A DNA stretch of 64,000 nucleotides from Octopus bimaculoides (Eukaryota), in NCBI RefSeq assembly GCF_001194135.2, contig NC_068982.1, positions 36,923,312 to 36,987,311 of the forward strand, written 5' to 3'. The position numbers and the translations under genes are program-made. This document shows, one piece after another, positions 39,101-52,100 of the stretch. The notes beneath the pieces are model-generated. The model worked only from the letters and a program-made list of their open reading frames with translations. It was not told the origin of the DNA and ran no database searches. Position 1 is the first letter of the stretch, and every line of letters starts with the position of its first letter.

Positions 39101-42100
39101 TCAAAACTTTTAGTTGATTTAGGGACTGGGGTATTCTCATACCATTATATTAAGGTTTTCTCATTTAATGATTCACATTGAGTTGTTGAAGAGCATTTTA
39201 AGATTTATGAATGTGGAAGTCTCATAACTTTTGAAATTTGATTGAGTTTGAATTTTCAAACTCTTATGCTAAATATAACTAAATGGTTAACTCACCTGAT
39301 GCTATATAACTGTTTAAATTTTTTTTAAATAGTTTTATGTAGATGACAGGGGACAGGACTGATGGTTATTGCAAGTCCCTAGTTTTGATTTATGAATATA
39401 TGAATAAAATAATGTTTGGCACTCAGTCTTAGATAAAGACAGAAAATTATTCTAGCTTCATACCTTTCACCATCATTTAACATCCATTTTTCTTGCTTGC
39501 ATGGATTGTATGGTTTGACAGGATCCAATAATCTGCAGAGCTATTTCACTCCAAGCACAGCTTTGGTATGGTTTTTACAGCTGGATGCCCCTCCTAATGC
39601 TAACCACTTTACAGTGTGTACTGGGTGCTTTTTTCATGATGCCAATACTAGTGAGATGGTCACTATATTATATACCATTAATGTAACAAGTATAATTATA
39701 TTGTTAAAATTGTTTCCTTGATACTCATTAAACTGAATGCCATGGATCTGGGAACATTTTGAACTTTGAACTGCTTCACTTCATTATTTTTTCTCCTTTT
39801 GTTCAACATAAATGCATGTTATATTTTATCCATTCTATATGAATTAATAATATTTTATAATAGGATGATGTATTGGCAAAATTATTAATGTTGGACAAAA
39901 TACCTTGCAGTATTTTTTTTGCCCTTTTCAAATTTCACTGAAGTCAACTTTGCCTTTGGTCTTTTGGAGTGGGAATGGGGTCGATAAAATAAAGTTCCTG
40001 AGTAAGGTTTAGAGGAATTATTTGAGGAATTGAACATAATACTTTTTGATATCTGTCCTGGCTGTATCTCATACTGAGTCCCACGCAAGTAAGGTGAACT
40101 TCTCTGTACCTTAGATATAATTTTCATATTAATATCTTTTTTGATGAACATTCTGTAATTACCCTTGAGGTTTTTCTATGAAATGGAAGAGTAGAAGCAT
40201 TGCTATTCTGGGTTCTTTTTACTTTATTTATTTATTTATTTATTCATTTGGATTTCGGATCCAGCTAGCAAGTTCAGAGAATCTGTTAGCAGAAAGAGCA
40301 AAGTGAAAACATACCATAATTATAGGCCAGGGATTAAAGGTTTCGAGAAAGAGAAGATTTATTAATCAGATAAATAGTTTTCTTTTCTGAATGCCAGTAG
40401 ATATGAAATCCGGGCTTTATTCTGGAATGTATTTAGATCTTTGTAACATTCACAACTACTTGAGGTTGGAGAATTTCTCTTTGACAGTGAATAGAAAACT
40501 ATTTCCTTGGTGTCTTTGCAAAAATTAGTCTTACAAAAGATGCCATCAGAGATGTTGAATGTGTGCATATATATATTGCATATTAGGAGAAGGGGTAATG
40601 TCTGTGACTTTTGCAGGCCTTTACATTAGGTTTGAATATCTGTAGGTTGCTGTCTGCTGGAAAAATATAGTATAGGTGGGAAATTCCAAAGGATTGTATT
40701 TCTGGAGATAAAGATTCGAGTGAAGCATTTGATGGGTGAGACAACATACATATGTCAAGAGAGAAGAGGCAAGTGAATTGGGTAGACTTGGTACACAGCT
40801 TATCAGAAGAAGAGGAGTCATTGTAGCAACAACAGAAGAGATGATACAGTATCTTGGTGTGTAAGTTATTGTTATATATTAGTGAATGAAGTCTTGCTAT
40901 TCAGTAGAATGGCCTATTTTTGAATGCAGCTAGAATTTTTGTTTTTTCTTTAGCAGCTGCTCTTTTTCAGCTATATGAACATCATTTTAGTGTGTGTGGG
41001 GCACTTATGTTTGTATCAAATCAGCAGCTGCTCAGGATTAAAATAATTTCTGTTCTTAAAGATAAGAGATATCATTTGAGATCTACAATAAATATGTTCC
41101 TTTCACACTGTTAATTGGTTTTAGGAAGAGCATCCATCTCTAAAAACAAATCTCATTAAATCAAATATATAGAACATGAATTTTCCTGATATTATTAATA
41201 ATAATAATAATAATAATAATAATTAATTAATTAATTAATTAATTAATTAATTAATTAATTAATTAATTAATTAATAATAATTATTATTATTAGAAAAAGG
41301 CAGCGAACTGGTAGAATTGTTTGCGTGTTGGTCTTTATTTGCTGAGGTTGGCTTTGCCTTTCATCCTTTGAGATAAGTGCTATTTGAGCACTGAGGTTGG
41401 TATAATTAATCTGCCCCCTCCCCCAAATTTTGGATCTTATGCCTATAGTAGAAAGGATTACAACTACTGCACTAATAACAACCGGTTTGTGATTCTTGTG
41501 TTCAGTATAGTTTCAAAAGATACAAAAAGTATATTATTTGAAGTTTAGAAAATTATAATCTGTTTCATAGAATGTATTATGGTTTCTTTGGAAGAGATTT
41601 TCTTACAGCTAGTGGTAGTTTACTCTTTATTTTGGACTTCAAGTGTTCTGTACATAAATTTCCAAAACTGTTTCTTGTTGTTACTGGTTCAGTCTTGGGA
41701 ACAAACTAAATGAGATAAGAAGGAGCTGTGTAGTAAATTCCATTTTTTAAATCAAGACATTTTTGAAATTTCCTGATACTGTTTAAAACTGTGCACAACC
41801 TTTCTCAGAAATGGTTCACAAAATTCCTCCAGAAATATTCATGGACCACCAGCTACAAATTTACTTTCAAATTCATTAGGACATAAATGTTTACAGTCAA
41901 GAAATTAATTATGCACTGTATAAGAAAGATGTAAATTTAATCTTGGTCGATTTAGATTTTAGATTGTCTTACCTATTAATACAAAGTAAAATAAAATTGT
42001 GGTTTCTCTGGTCATGATGTTTTCTGCCAAGACAAGTAGTCAGGGATGCTACCAGTAAGGTGAAGGTGGGCAATGAGTACAGCAAAGAATTCAGGGTACA

Positions 42101-45100
42101 AGTAGGGGTTCACTAAGTTTCGGTGCTCAGCCCCCTCTTATTCATCATAGTCCTCCAAGCAATAATGGAGGAATTCAAGACAGGCTGCCCCTAGGAGCTC
42201 CTCTGTGGCAGATACCAGTATCATGCAAATTGGCACCCATGCTGGTGGCATGTAAGCGCACCCAGTGTCATGCAAATGGCACCCTTGCCAGTGACATATA
42301 AAAGCACCCATTACATTCTTGGAGTGGTTGGTGTTAAGAAGGGCATCCAGCTATAGAAAGCCATGCCAAATCAGACTGGAGTCTGGTGCAGCCTTCTAGC
42401 ATGCCAGCCCAGTCAAACCATCCAACCCATGCCAGCATGGACAACGGACATTAAAGGATGATGATGATGTAGAAGCATTCATGGTTGGTGGATACTGTTC
42501 ATTTTTTATCTTTCAATAACATTTCAGAACACAGTGATTGATATTCAACATATTAGTGTGTATTTTTGTGTGGATCAATTTATTGTATAGTTTTCTTCTC
42601 TGATTTCTGGCTTTACTTTTGTCTTCATTCAGTAAGGATTTTCTCTTGTGCAATCAGTGTATAAGTATTTATGTTTTAATTTACCTTCCATAGAAAATTG
42701 TGATGCAAGGTAAAAAATTATTAGAGAAATTTAAATTATTTAGTCTTGTCATATAATTGGATGCATATAATTGTTTATCCATATGTTTTCAGTTGCGAAC
42801 ATTAATATATTTGGAGAGATGTAAAGGATTTCTGTTGTGTAGTATTTTAAAGTACATTTTGCTATGGTCAATGTTAATTGCATGTCTTTTTCTATATCAT
42901 TCACTGAGATGTTCTCTTTTAAAACAACGTCTATTAGTCATACATTATGAGAATGAGGAAGATTCTATATGCTCATGGAACAAATGCTAGAAATAGCTGC
43001 CAAATTTCCCTCTACTGTCTTAAATGGCAGAACAGTTTGAATAATGCAGTCTCACAAAAAAAAAAAAAGATTATTGTTGTAGCTGAAAATCCTTTGATTG
43101 TAAGTCTGCTCATTCAGTGCTGACTTTGAGATTAATATCTATTATATTGCCAGCTTACTTGATAGGTCTATCAAAACTTTGAAACATGAGAGATTTTTAA
43201 AGTTGTCCAAGAATTTTAGTGTTATTTTCAAAATTGCTGTTTAGGTGAATATTGACACTACAGATCATGATATTAGAAAATGGAGAAGATGAAAAGAGAA
43301 TAGTTGTAGAGTCCATCATAAAAATTACCTACCTTGACATCTATCATCATCATCATTTTTTTATGTACTTTTTTTCATACATGTATGGGGTGAATGCACC
43401 TTGAAGCATTTTGCATCTCTTAATTCTTAGTGCATAGAATTTCTACTTCATGAAAAACTTTTGTTGAAACCTATACATTCAAAAGACTTTAGGGATATTA
43501 GCTTTTTTTGTATTGTTCGTTGATATATAAGAGTAATACACTGTCATTCCACTTAAATGTTTTACTCAAATAAATGATGGATATGTTATGTGGAGTTACT
43601 GAGTGCTGCTATGTAAATATTTTTGTTTGAAGTGAGCTAAGTATCTGGGATGAAAGCAACATTGACATTGTTGTCTTTTAATGTTGATATGAGGATTGGT
43701 ATTTTGTTATGGATTGACTGGGCATTCCAGAGTATACAGGTTATAATATCCTGGTGAGATGCTGCAGTTTAGCTGTTTGTCTTTGTACATTTGACATTCA
43801 AACAATGCTACCTTGTAATTGATATCTTAGTAGATTACTTTGTGCACATTTTATGAACTTGATACTGTCACTTTTGCAATTTTTTGTTTTATTGTTTGTT
43901 ATCAGTGTTTTTCTTTGGTAATTCTTCATCAAACGATGCAACCATTTACGTTTCTGGCCTCTTTTATTAAAATATTGATCCTAAACTGACAGGCATTAAT
44001 ATTTATGTAAACTTCATGTATCAATCCCTATATTCTTTCTATTATTTCTAATGTTGTTTCCATGATATCTGGAAATACATTTCTGTTATTGTTTGTAGGT
44101 TTGTTAAAAAGACCTGAAACTTTTTTAATTGGTGTAAAGTTCTGTGTTCAGCAACTATAACTTTGCATTTTTTAAAAAATACTATATTCTTTTGCTTCAA
44201 TAATAATTGCAATGTGTGGCACTTTCTTTGTAGGAGTAATAATAACTTCATCTTTAGTATGTAGCAGATTTCAATTGCTGTTGCAGTTCTTAATATGATA
44301 CTATTATTTCCTTCACTATTAGCAAAGGAACAGTTGTTATTTTAGGGGTTTTCATCAAATACAGCTTCCTTAATTGTAAGAGATAAATATAGATATGTGT
44401 GTGTGTGTGTGTACGCGAGGGGGGGGGGCTATATGTAAATAATAACGTCAAGTGTTATGTTGTGTTTATATTGCTAACAGACAAATAAATCAGTTAATCA
44501 ATGTATTTAAGCAGATAAATGATAAAGAAACAATTTCAGGAAGAATATATCTCTCACATAGTTAATTTATACTGTAGGTTAAGTAAGAAGATAGCCTAAT
44601 TATCAGTTACCAAAATGAGGGATAAGTAAAGCAGTAGATAAAGTATACAACTGAAAATGTCTTACAAGCCACTACCTATTCAATAATAGAATTTCTTCAT
44701 ATGAACATAGAGGTAGAGAACACTATAAAGGTGTTGAAATTAGAACCAATACTAACTTCTTCAGTAAATTGCATGTTGGATAGTTGTACATTTCTGAGTA
44801 GTAACTTATATCTATGAATCAAATTTGTGTTGATCTGGTTTATTTTTGGCAGCAACATAGTGATGTAATAGCATTGCACTTTAAGGCAATAAATGATTCT
44901 TTTGACTTAGATGATGTAGAAAAGTCACACTGAAAGCTAGATGTCAAGTTTACTTTGGATTAAGATAGCTGAACTACAAATATATTACTTTATCTTCAGC
45001 TGCAGAATAACTGATTTAACTTCCTTTAAAGAAGGTATTTAAGTGTGTTCATGTTTTTAGTATCTGAAAAAGTCAAGATATTGCTGTTTAACCCTAGGTC

Positions 45101-46122
45101 TGCTCTGGCCAAGCAGTCTTGTGATCAAAGATATTCCAGCCATAACAATACTATCTTTTTTCAGGCATCATGTATTTAAAATTAAGAGATTATATTATTC
45201 AATGTGACCTTCCTTTTTCAGTTGGTAGATGTAATTTGAGGGAGATTTAGCTGTTAGTGGCTCTATTCACAGTTATGTATAAGAAAGTTAAAATTAGAAC
45301 CAAAATTAGTTTATGCACTGAAAAGCTTAAGGTTCATTTACATGTTCCAATTTTGGCCTAGCTCTCTTTTCTTCATCCTATTCCTCATGTATGAAGACAC
45401 AAGGAAATTATATAAAGGTTTAAGAACTTCAAAGGCTTCTCATAAATATCTAAGTTAAAGGTAAAATGAAGTTGGAAACATAGAAAACATGTGGCTTAAA
45501 TGTTGTGATCTAAAGGTGGATACAGTCAAAATTTAGTAAGATTGATGTGTTACATTATTTGGTATGAAGAGTAAATTATAAATAGATGATTATTTAGCCA
45601 GTAAATTGAACTACATTAGATCACATTTGCCCTTGGATATTGCTGTATGACCCAAAGGACAATTCCTCATTACATTCACTTATAATTGTTTAACTGAAAC
45701 ATTGGTTCCCCTTTTTCCATAATACCTTGGTGATTAGCATTTGAAAAGATGCTTATTCATTGAGTACCTATTCAGTTAATTTTGACAGTTGTTTCAGGAA
45801 GAAGCATAGCTGTGAGTTGCAAACAAGTATGGGTTGGTAGCAGGTGCCATGTTTTTGCTAATTGTTTTAGGTACCTATGTAGTTATGAACAATGAGGATG
45901 TGACAGCCAGACCAAGAGAGGGTTGCACCAGCACATGGTCAGTACTCAATTTCATTTGAGTAGACTGGAGCAACAAGAAATTAAGTGCTTAGCTCAAGGG
46001 CAGATGCCCAACCTTATGATCGTAAGCTTAACATCTTAACCACTGAGCTATATGCCTTCAAATAATCTATGAAACTATTTATTTATCTTCCTTTTCATTA
46101 GTTTCAGCTTGAGACCTGCAGT

Positions 46123-46163
<41 letters not shown>

Positions 46164-49100
46164 CTGTGTGTGTGATTTATAATACAGCCTTCTTAGGTCA
46201 TATTCCTGCATTTTAACTCACATTTCTGTATTATATCATCTGTAAGGTCTAATATTGGAAGAGCTATTTCATCTGCATTTTCAAAATCCTTCCACAGCCT
46301 GACTCTTCTGCAGAGAATATCTATCATCCGTTCATGTGGCATTCTTCATCCCTGCAAATATCATTTATTTATATTATATGACCATATCAGTTGAGGTTTC
46401 TTTCCAAATTACAATGACTGCTTCTGAAATTAACAGAAAACTATTGAATGTTTTCATAATTTGTTAAACTAGGCTAATAGATAATAGAACTCTAGAATAA
46501 GCATTTTGAAGTACTAATCTTTTCTTTAAATTGTAATGGCTGTCTATCTCAAATTTTAATTTTGCAGCATCATTTTGATGAAGTTAATATCAAGTTTCTT
46601 AAATTCCAATGTCCCTATGATTTTGAACCAAAATTAAATCATGTTAAAAGAGAACTTAGCAGCATCGAAGGACGGATTCATTTATTAGATCTACACTCAG
46701 AGGAACCAGAGATAATTCAAGGACAGTTAGACCAATGCATTGTAAGTGAATTTGATTTTATAATTTTAATATTTTATCATCATTTATTGGATGCATTTTG
46801 TTTGCTATTATACTAGAACATAACGGATTGTGATGTATGAGACATTTAAATGGCTCTTTTCATGAATGTTTTTTCTTTTATTTACATATTTATACCAGTA
46901 TGAAAACACACTCACACATTGAGATACATTAAGTAAAATATGCTTGTATACACTAGTGTATTCTGGTCTATATTAATATGTATTTATACAAACATATTTA
47001 CAGATTTTGATCAAAAGCATCCACAGAGGACTTTCTGAATATATGGGGGGTTGGACAAAATAATGGAAACACCTTAAAACTTCAAACAAATTTATTTTAA
47101 TTTGAGGTAGGACCGCCTTTGGCAGTAATTACAGCTTGAATTCTACGAGGTATGGACTTGTACAAAGTTTGAATTGTTTCCAAAGGAATTTTTGTCCATT
47201 CTTCAGCTAAAACAGTCTCCAGTTTTTGTAGTGATGATGGTGAGGATATAAACTCCTTACTTGTTTTTCTAAAATGCACCATAAATGTTCAATAATATTG
47301 AGATCTGGAGACTGTCGTGGCCAGATAAGATGTTCGACCTCACTAGCATGTTCCTCGTACCATTCAGTAACAACTTTAGCTGTGTGAATTGATGCATTAT
47401 CATCCTGAAAGATTGCATCTCCTTCCGGAAACAGTTCCGCAGACATAGGACGAATTTGATCAGATAAAATGCTTAAATAGTATTGACTATTAAATCTGCC
47501 ATGCAGGGAAACCATTGGGCCAGCGGATTTCCAAGATATAGCTCCTAGATCATCTCAGATCTTCCATGTTTAACAGTTGGAAGAAGGTAGTCTGGGTCAA
47601 ATGCTTCTTTTGGCCGTCTCCACATGTATACTCAGCCAGTGGTCAGAAATAAGGTAATGGGTGACTTGTCCAAGAAAATAACATTCTTCCACTGCTCTAG
47701 GTAGGTTTTTACTCCACTCTAAATGCTTTGCAACGTTTGTTTTTGAAAGTAGTGGTTTTCTGATTGCAGCCCTCCCATGAAATCTGGCTTTGTGCAGCTC
47801 CCGGCAAACAGTTTTTGTGGAAACTGGGTTCTCAAGGTGGTCATTAAGCTCTGCAGTAATTTCGGGAGCTGTACTTTTGTGATCCTTTCTAACAATTCGT
47901 ATATGGGTCCGATGGTCCCTATCTGAAAGTTTTGGTTTTCTTCCAGAGTTTTGTTTCGACAAGGAGGTTTTTCCCTCTTTCTCAAAGGTTGTCATTACTT
48001 TCGAGACAGTACTTCTTGATACACCTAACATTTCGGCTGTTTTCGTTACGCTAGCGCCTGCCATATGAGCACCAATAATTTGACCTCTTTGAAAGTCCGA
48101 TACATCTGTCATTTTAATGAATTTTAATTACCTTTTTCTGATGATATCAAAAAGAAACAGCAATTTTTAGCAAAACATGTTAAGCAACACTAATAATAAA
48201 TAAAAAAACATAAAAATAAACAAGCTTTTGATGGTTTTAATGATATTTCAAAATTATGATGCTAGGTGTTTCCATTATTTTGTCCAACCCCTGTATATTT
48301 TTCTAATATGACAATTTTCTGGAGACCTAGAGATTGGAAGACATTGTTATCTCTTAGACTCCTTCTCTTCCCTCTCTTTCAGTCAAGAATAAATTCAGTA
48401 ATCTTCTGTTGATCTTAATTATGGAAAGAGTTAAATATCTTGTTCCATCACTCTCACAGCAGATGTTGATTGAACTCTGAATTATGTAAATTCTTGCCAA
48501 ACCTTTATTAGTTTGTTTGTGACAATTTTAATGTGGAAGCCAGTAACTACAGAGTATAAGATCAAGTTCTCCAGTATCTTTCTCTTTTCTGTTTAGATGT
48601 ATATCTCAGCATGCCGTTGTTTTTTTTTGTTTGTTTTTTTTTAATGTTTTACTAAGATCCTGTCCAGAATGGATAATAATGATCATCATCATTATCGTCA
48701 TTTAACGTCCGCCTTCCATGTTAGCATGGGTTGGACGATTTGACTGAGGACTGGCGAACCAGATGGCTACACCAGGCTCCAATCTGATTTGGCAGAGTTT
48801 TTACACCTGGATGCCCTTCCTAACGCCAACCACTCCAAGAGTGTAGTGGGTGCATTTACGTGCCACCGGCACGAAGGCCAGTCAGGTGGTACTGGCAACG
48901 GCCACGCTCAAAATGATGTGTTTTACGTGCCACCTGCACAGGAGCCAGTCCACCAGCACTGGCAACAATCTCGTTCGAATGTTTTTTTAATGGGCTGGTT
49001 AATTTTAAGCTGAAAAAGGAAATAGTTTCTGATTTGGTAGAATTGTATGACAAGATAGTGAATTCAAGTGCTCATTGCTTAGCGCACACACACAAAGAGA

Positions 49101-52100
49101 GGACGACGGCGTAAGGCATGTTTAGCAGTTAATTTTGAGTGAAGAAGGAATAGTTTTCAAATATCCAGAAGAGCAATATCTGTTACAGTACTTTACAGTT
49201 AAGTTTTTTTATCATGCTAGTATCGTTGCTAAACCTATATTGGTAGTCTGTGGTTGTTTGCATTTTTTGAATTCCTTTGTGATCATCTAAATTAATCATG
49301 GGCACATTAATGTAGAAAATAGTAATGTATCAAGAGTAGATGTAATCATTTATAAATCTTTCTTGGATTGTCTGTTAAGCAGAATAAAAGATAGTACTGT
49401 GGAAAGTGTCTAATATATCTTAACATTTCAGAAAACCACAAGATTTGTGTTATTGATATATAACACACACAGTCATCATCATCATTGTTTAACATCTGCT
49501 TTCCATGCTCGCATGGGTTGGACGGTCTGACTGAGGACTGGCAAGCCAGGAGGCTGCACCAGGCTCCAATCTGATCTGGCAAGGTTTCTACAGCTGGATG
49601 CTCTTCCTAACGCCAACACTCTGAGAGTGTAGTGGGTGCCTTTTATGTGTCACTGGCATGAGAGCCAGTCAGGCAGCACTGCCATCAACCTCGCTCGAAT
49701 GTTGCTTTTTATGTGCCACCAGCACAGGAGCCAGGTGGCACTGGCAATGACCACATTCGAATGGTGCTTATTATGTGCCACTGGCACGGGTGCCAGTTAG
49801 GCGATACTGGCATCGGCCATGACAATGATTTCACTTGGTTCAACAGGTCTTCTCAAGCACAGCATATTGCCCAACAATTGAAGGGTACTCTTAAATGGGC
49901 CAGTTATGCGACACTGGCATAGACCACAGTTATGGTCTCACTTGGCTTGCCGGGTCTTCTCAAGTACAGCATATTTCTAAAGGTTTCTGTCGCTTGTCAT
50001 TGCTTCTGTGAAGCCCAGTGTTCGAAGGTCATGCTTCACCGCCTCATCCCAGGATTCCTGGGTCTACCTCTTCCACAGGTTCCCTCCACTGTTAGGGTGT
50101 GATACTTCTTCACACAGCTGTCCTCATCCATATGTAACACATGACCATACCAGCGCAGTCATCTCTCTTGCACACCACATTTGATGCTTCTTATGTCCAA
50201 CTTTTCTCTCGGGGCACTTGTACTTGTTCATGTATGCACATTAACATTACGCATCCAGTGGAGCATACTCACTTCATTCCAGTGTCTGTTCTGGGTGTTT
50301 TTTTTTTATGGCACTGGTGAGGTCACCATGCAGATTACAAGACTATAATCCCCTTTACTGAGTGGGACTACAGTAGAGAAGGAAGTAGCTTTATGCTAGA
50401 AGGTAATGGTTTTAAAGTATGAGAGAAGGAGTCAGAACAGAAGAGCTACTTGGCTACTCACATTATAGAGAAGGTAAGAGTGACCAGGATGGAGCTGGAA
50501 AGAGATAAAAATAACAGTGATGAGATGTCAGGGTGGATTCTCAAGTTACAGCGTTAGTAGAAGTGAGTGGGAACAGGAAAGCAGAAAAATTGTGGGTGTT
50601 GCTGCATCCAAACAATTAGTCAATGGTTCAAGTAGAGTTGCACAAAAGAGAAGCAAACATTGAAATTTATGCACTTAGCCTCTAACATGCTCCTTGAAAA
50701 AAAGGTGTCTCTTTATATAAATGTTAAGATATATAATTGCCTTAATATATGTGATCGTTGAAATGTCATTTCAATAAATTGATAGTATTATTTTATTACT
50801 CTGTCTTGACAGAAATTTTACAAAACTATGAGTGAATTGAAAACAGAGGTTGAATATGTTATCAAAACTGGACGACAGGTTGTTGAAAAGAAGCAGGTGG
50901 ATTTTCCAGAAAAGCTTGGGAAACAGCTGGATGCTCTTAAGCAACAATATAATATACTCGGTGGTCAAGTAAGTTTTAATCTTTTATTCTTTTTTTCTCC
51001 CAACTGGTATTTATATGCTGCAAAATATAATTATATTTTGCAAAAACTATACCAGTCATTTTATTATTCATTTAGGCTATGATGTAAAGATATCAATTAT
51101 TCAACTAATACTCTTTAATCAAAATATTTATAATTTTATTTCTATTATCTTTGTTGGCCTGAAGACAGACCTGGAGTAGTGAGGGGCATGTCACTGATGG
51201 GGTCACAAATGGCAATGAAAGGACTTTGACAGACCTAGTTGATTGATTAACCAAACAATTAATCCAATAATCAATAGTTAATTGGGTTAAATAGTTAACT
51301 AGTCAACTAATAATAAAATAAAAGAAACAAAATAAGACCAATAGGGCCAAATAAATAGTGGCCCTTCTGAAATATAGCAAAATCTGTTCCAACATGAATT
51401 CAAATTATAAATCTTGCAAACTGAATATAAAAAGGAAGGTATTCACCATTTTCACACTAAAAAATATTTTGTGTCCTATTTTGCACAGGACATGAAGTAA
51501 ATAGACCACTCTGTAAATCTATTCAGTGTAATATTCTTCTACTACTCTCACCATATAAGCAGGTATAAAAAAAAGCATTGAAGTGGTTTAGTCATTGTTT
51601 AGATATGTCACATATTACGTAGTTGTATGATTTCAGTAGTCACAGTATTTGTAAACAATAACTTTATTACAGATGTTGCAAATTATGTGTTCTGTTTATA
51701 TACATTCTAGCCTTTGAATTATCTCTTAAGCATTTCATGATACAGGAAAATGATTTCATTGCAGAGTAATAAAAAAAATATTAATAGTATGCAGCTTGCA
51801 AGTAGCAACAAGTAAACAGCATTACTCCAAAGCAAATATTTTTAGGTGGAACTTAATGTAAGATACTGTAAGATATTGTTTAATGGTAATGCTTAATCAA
51901 ATATATGTATATATACATATGCAGTTATAGATTCACATGCACACAGCTTATCATTGCTATAATTATCATAATAAAAGCATATCTTTGCTATTTGTGTCAG
52001 CCCTGTTACCAACTCAGTTTCTATTTGGTATAATCTTAGCACGTTATTTTTAGTTTACTTTAGTCCAACTGATTTAATGAAAATTAAACTTGAAATATTC

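Noticed and set aside
43900-44300. Penelope-like RT words on the minus strand (MVASFD)
   Set aside because: Too short and broken; may instead be upstream sequence of the adjacent APE-type LINE.
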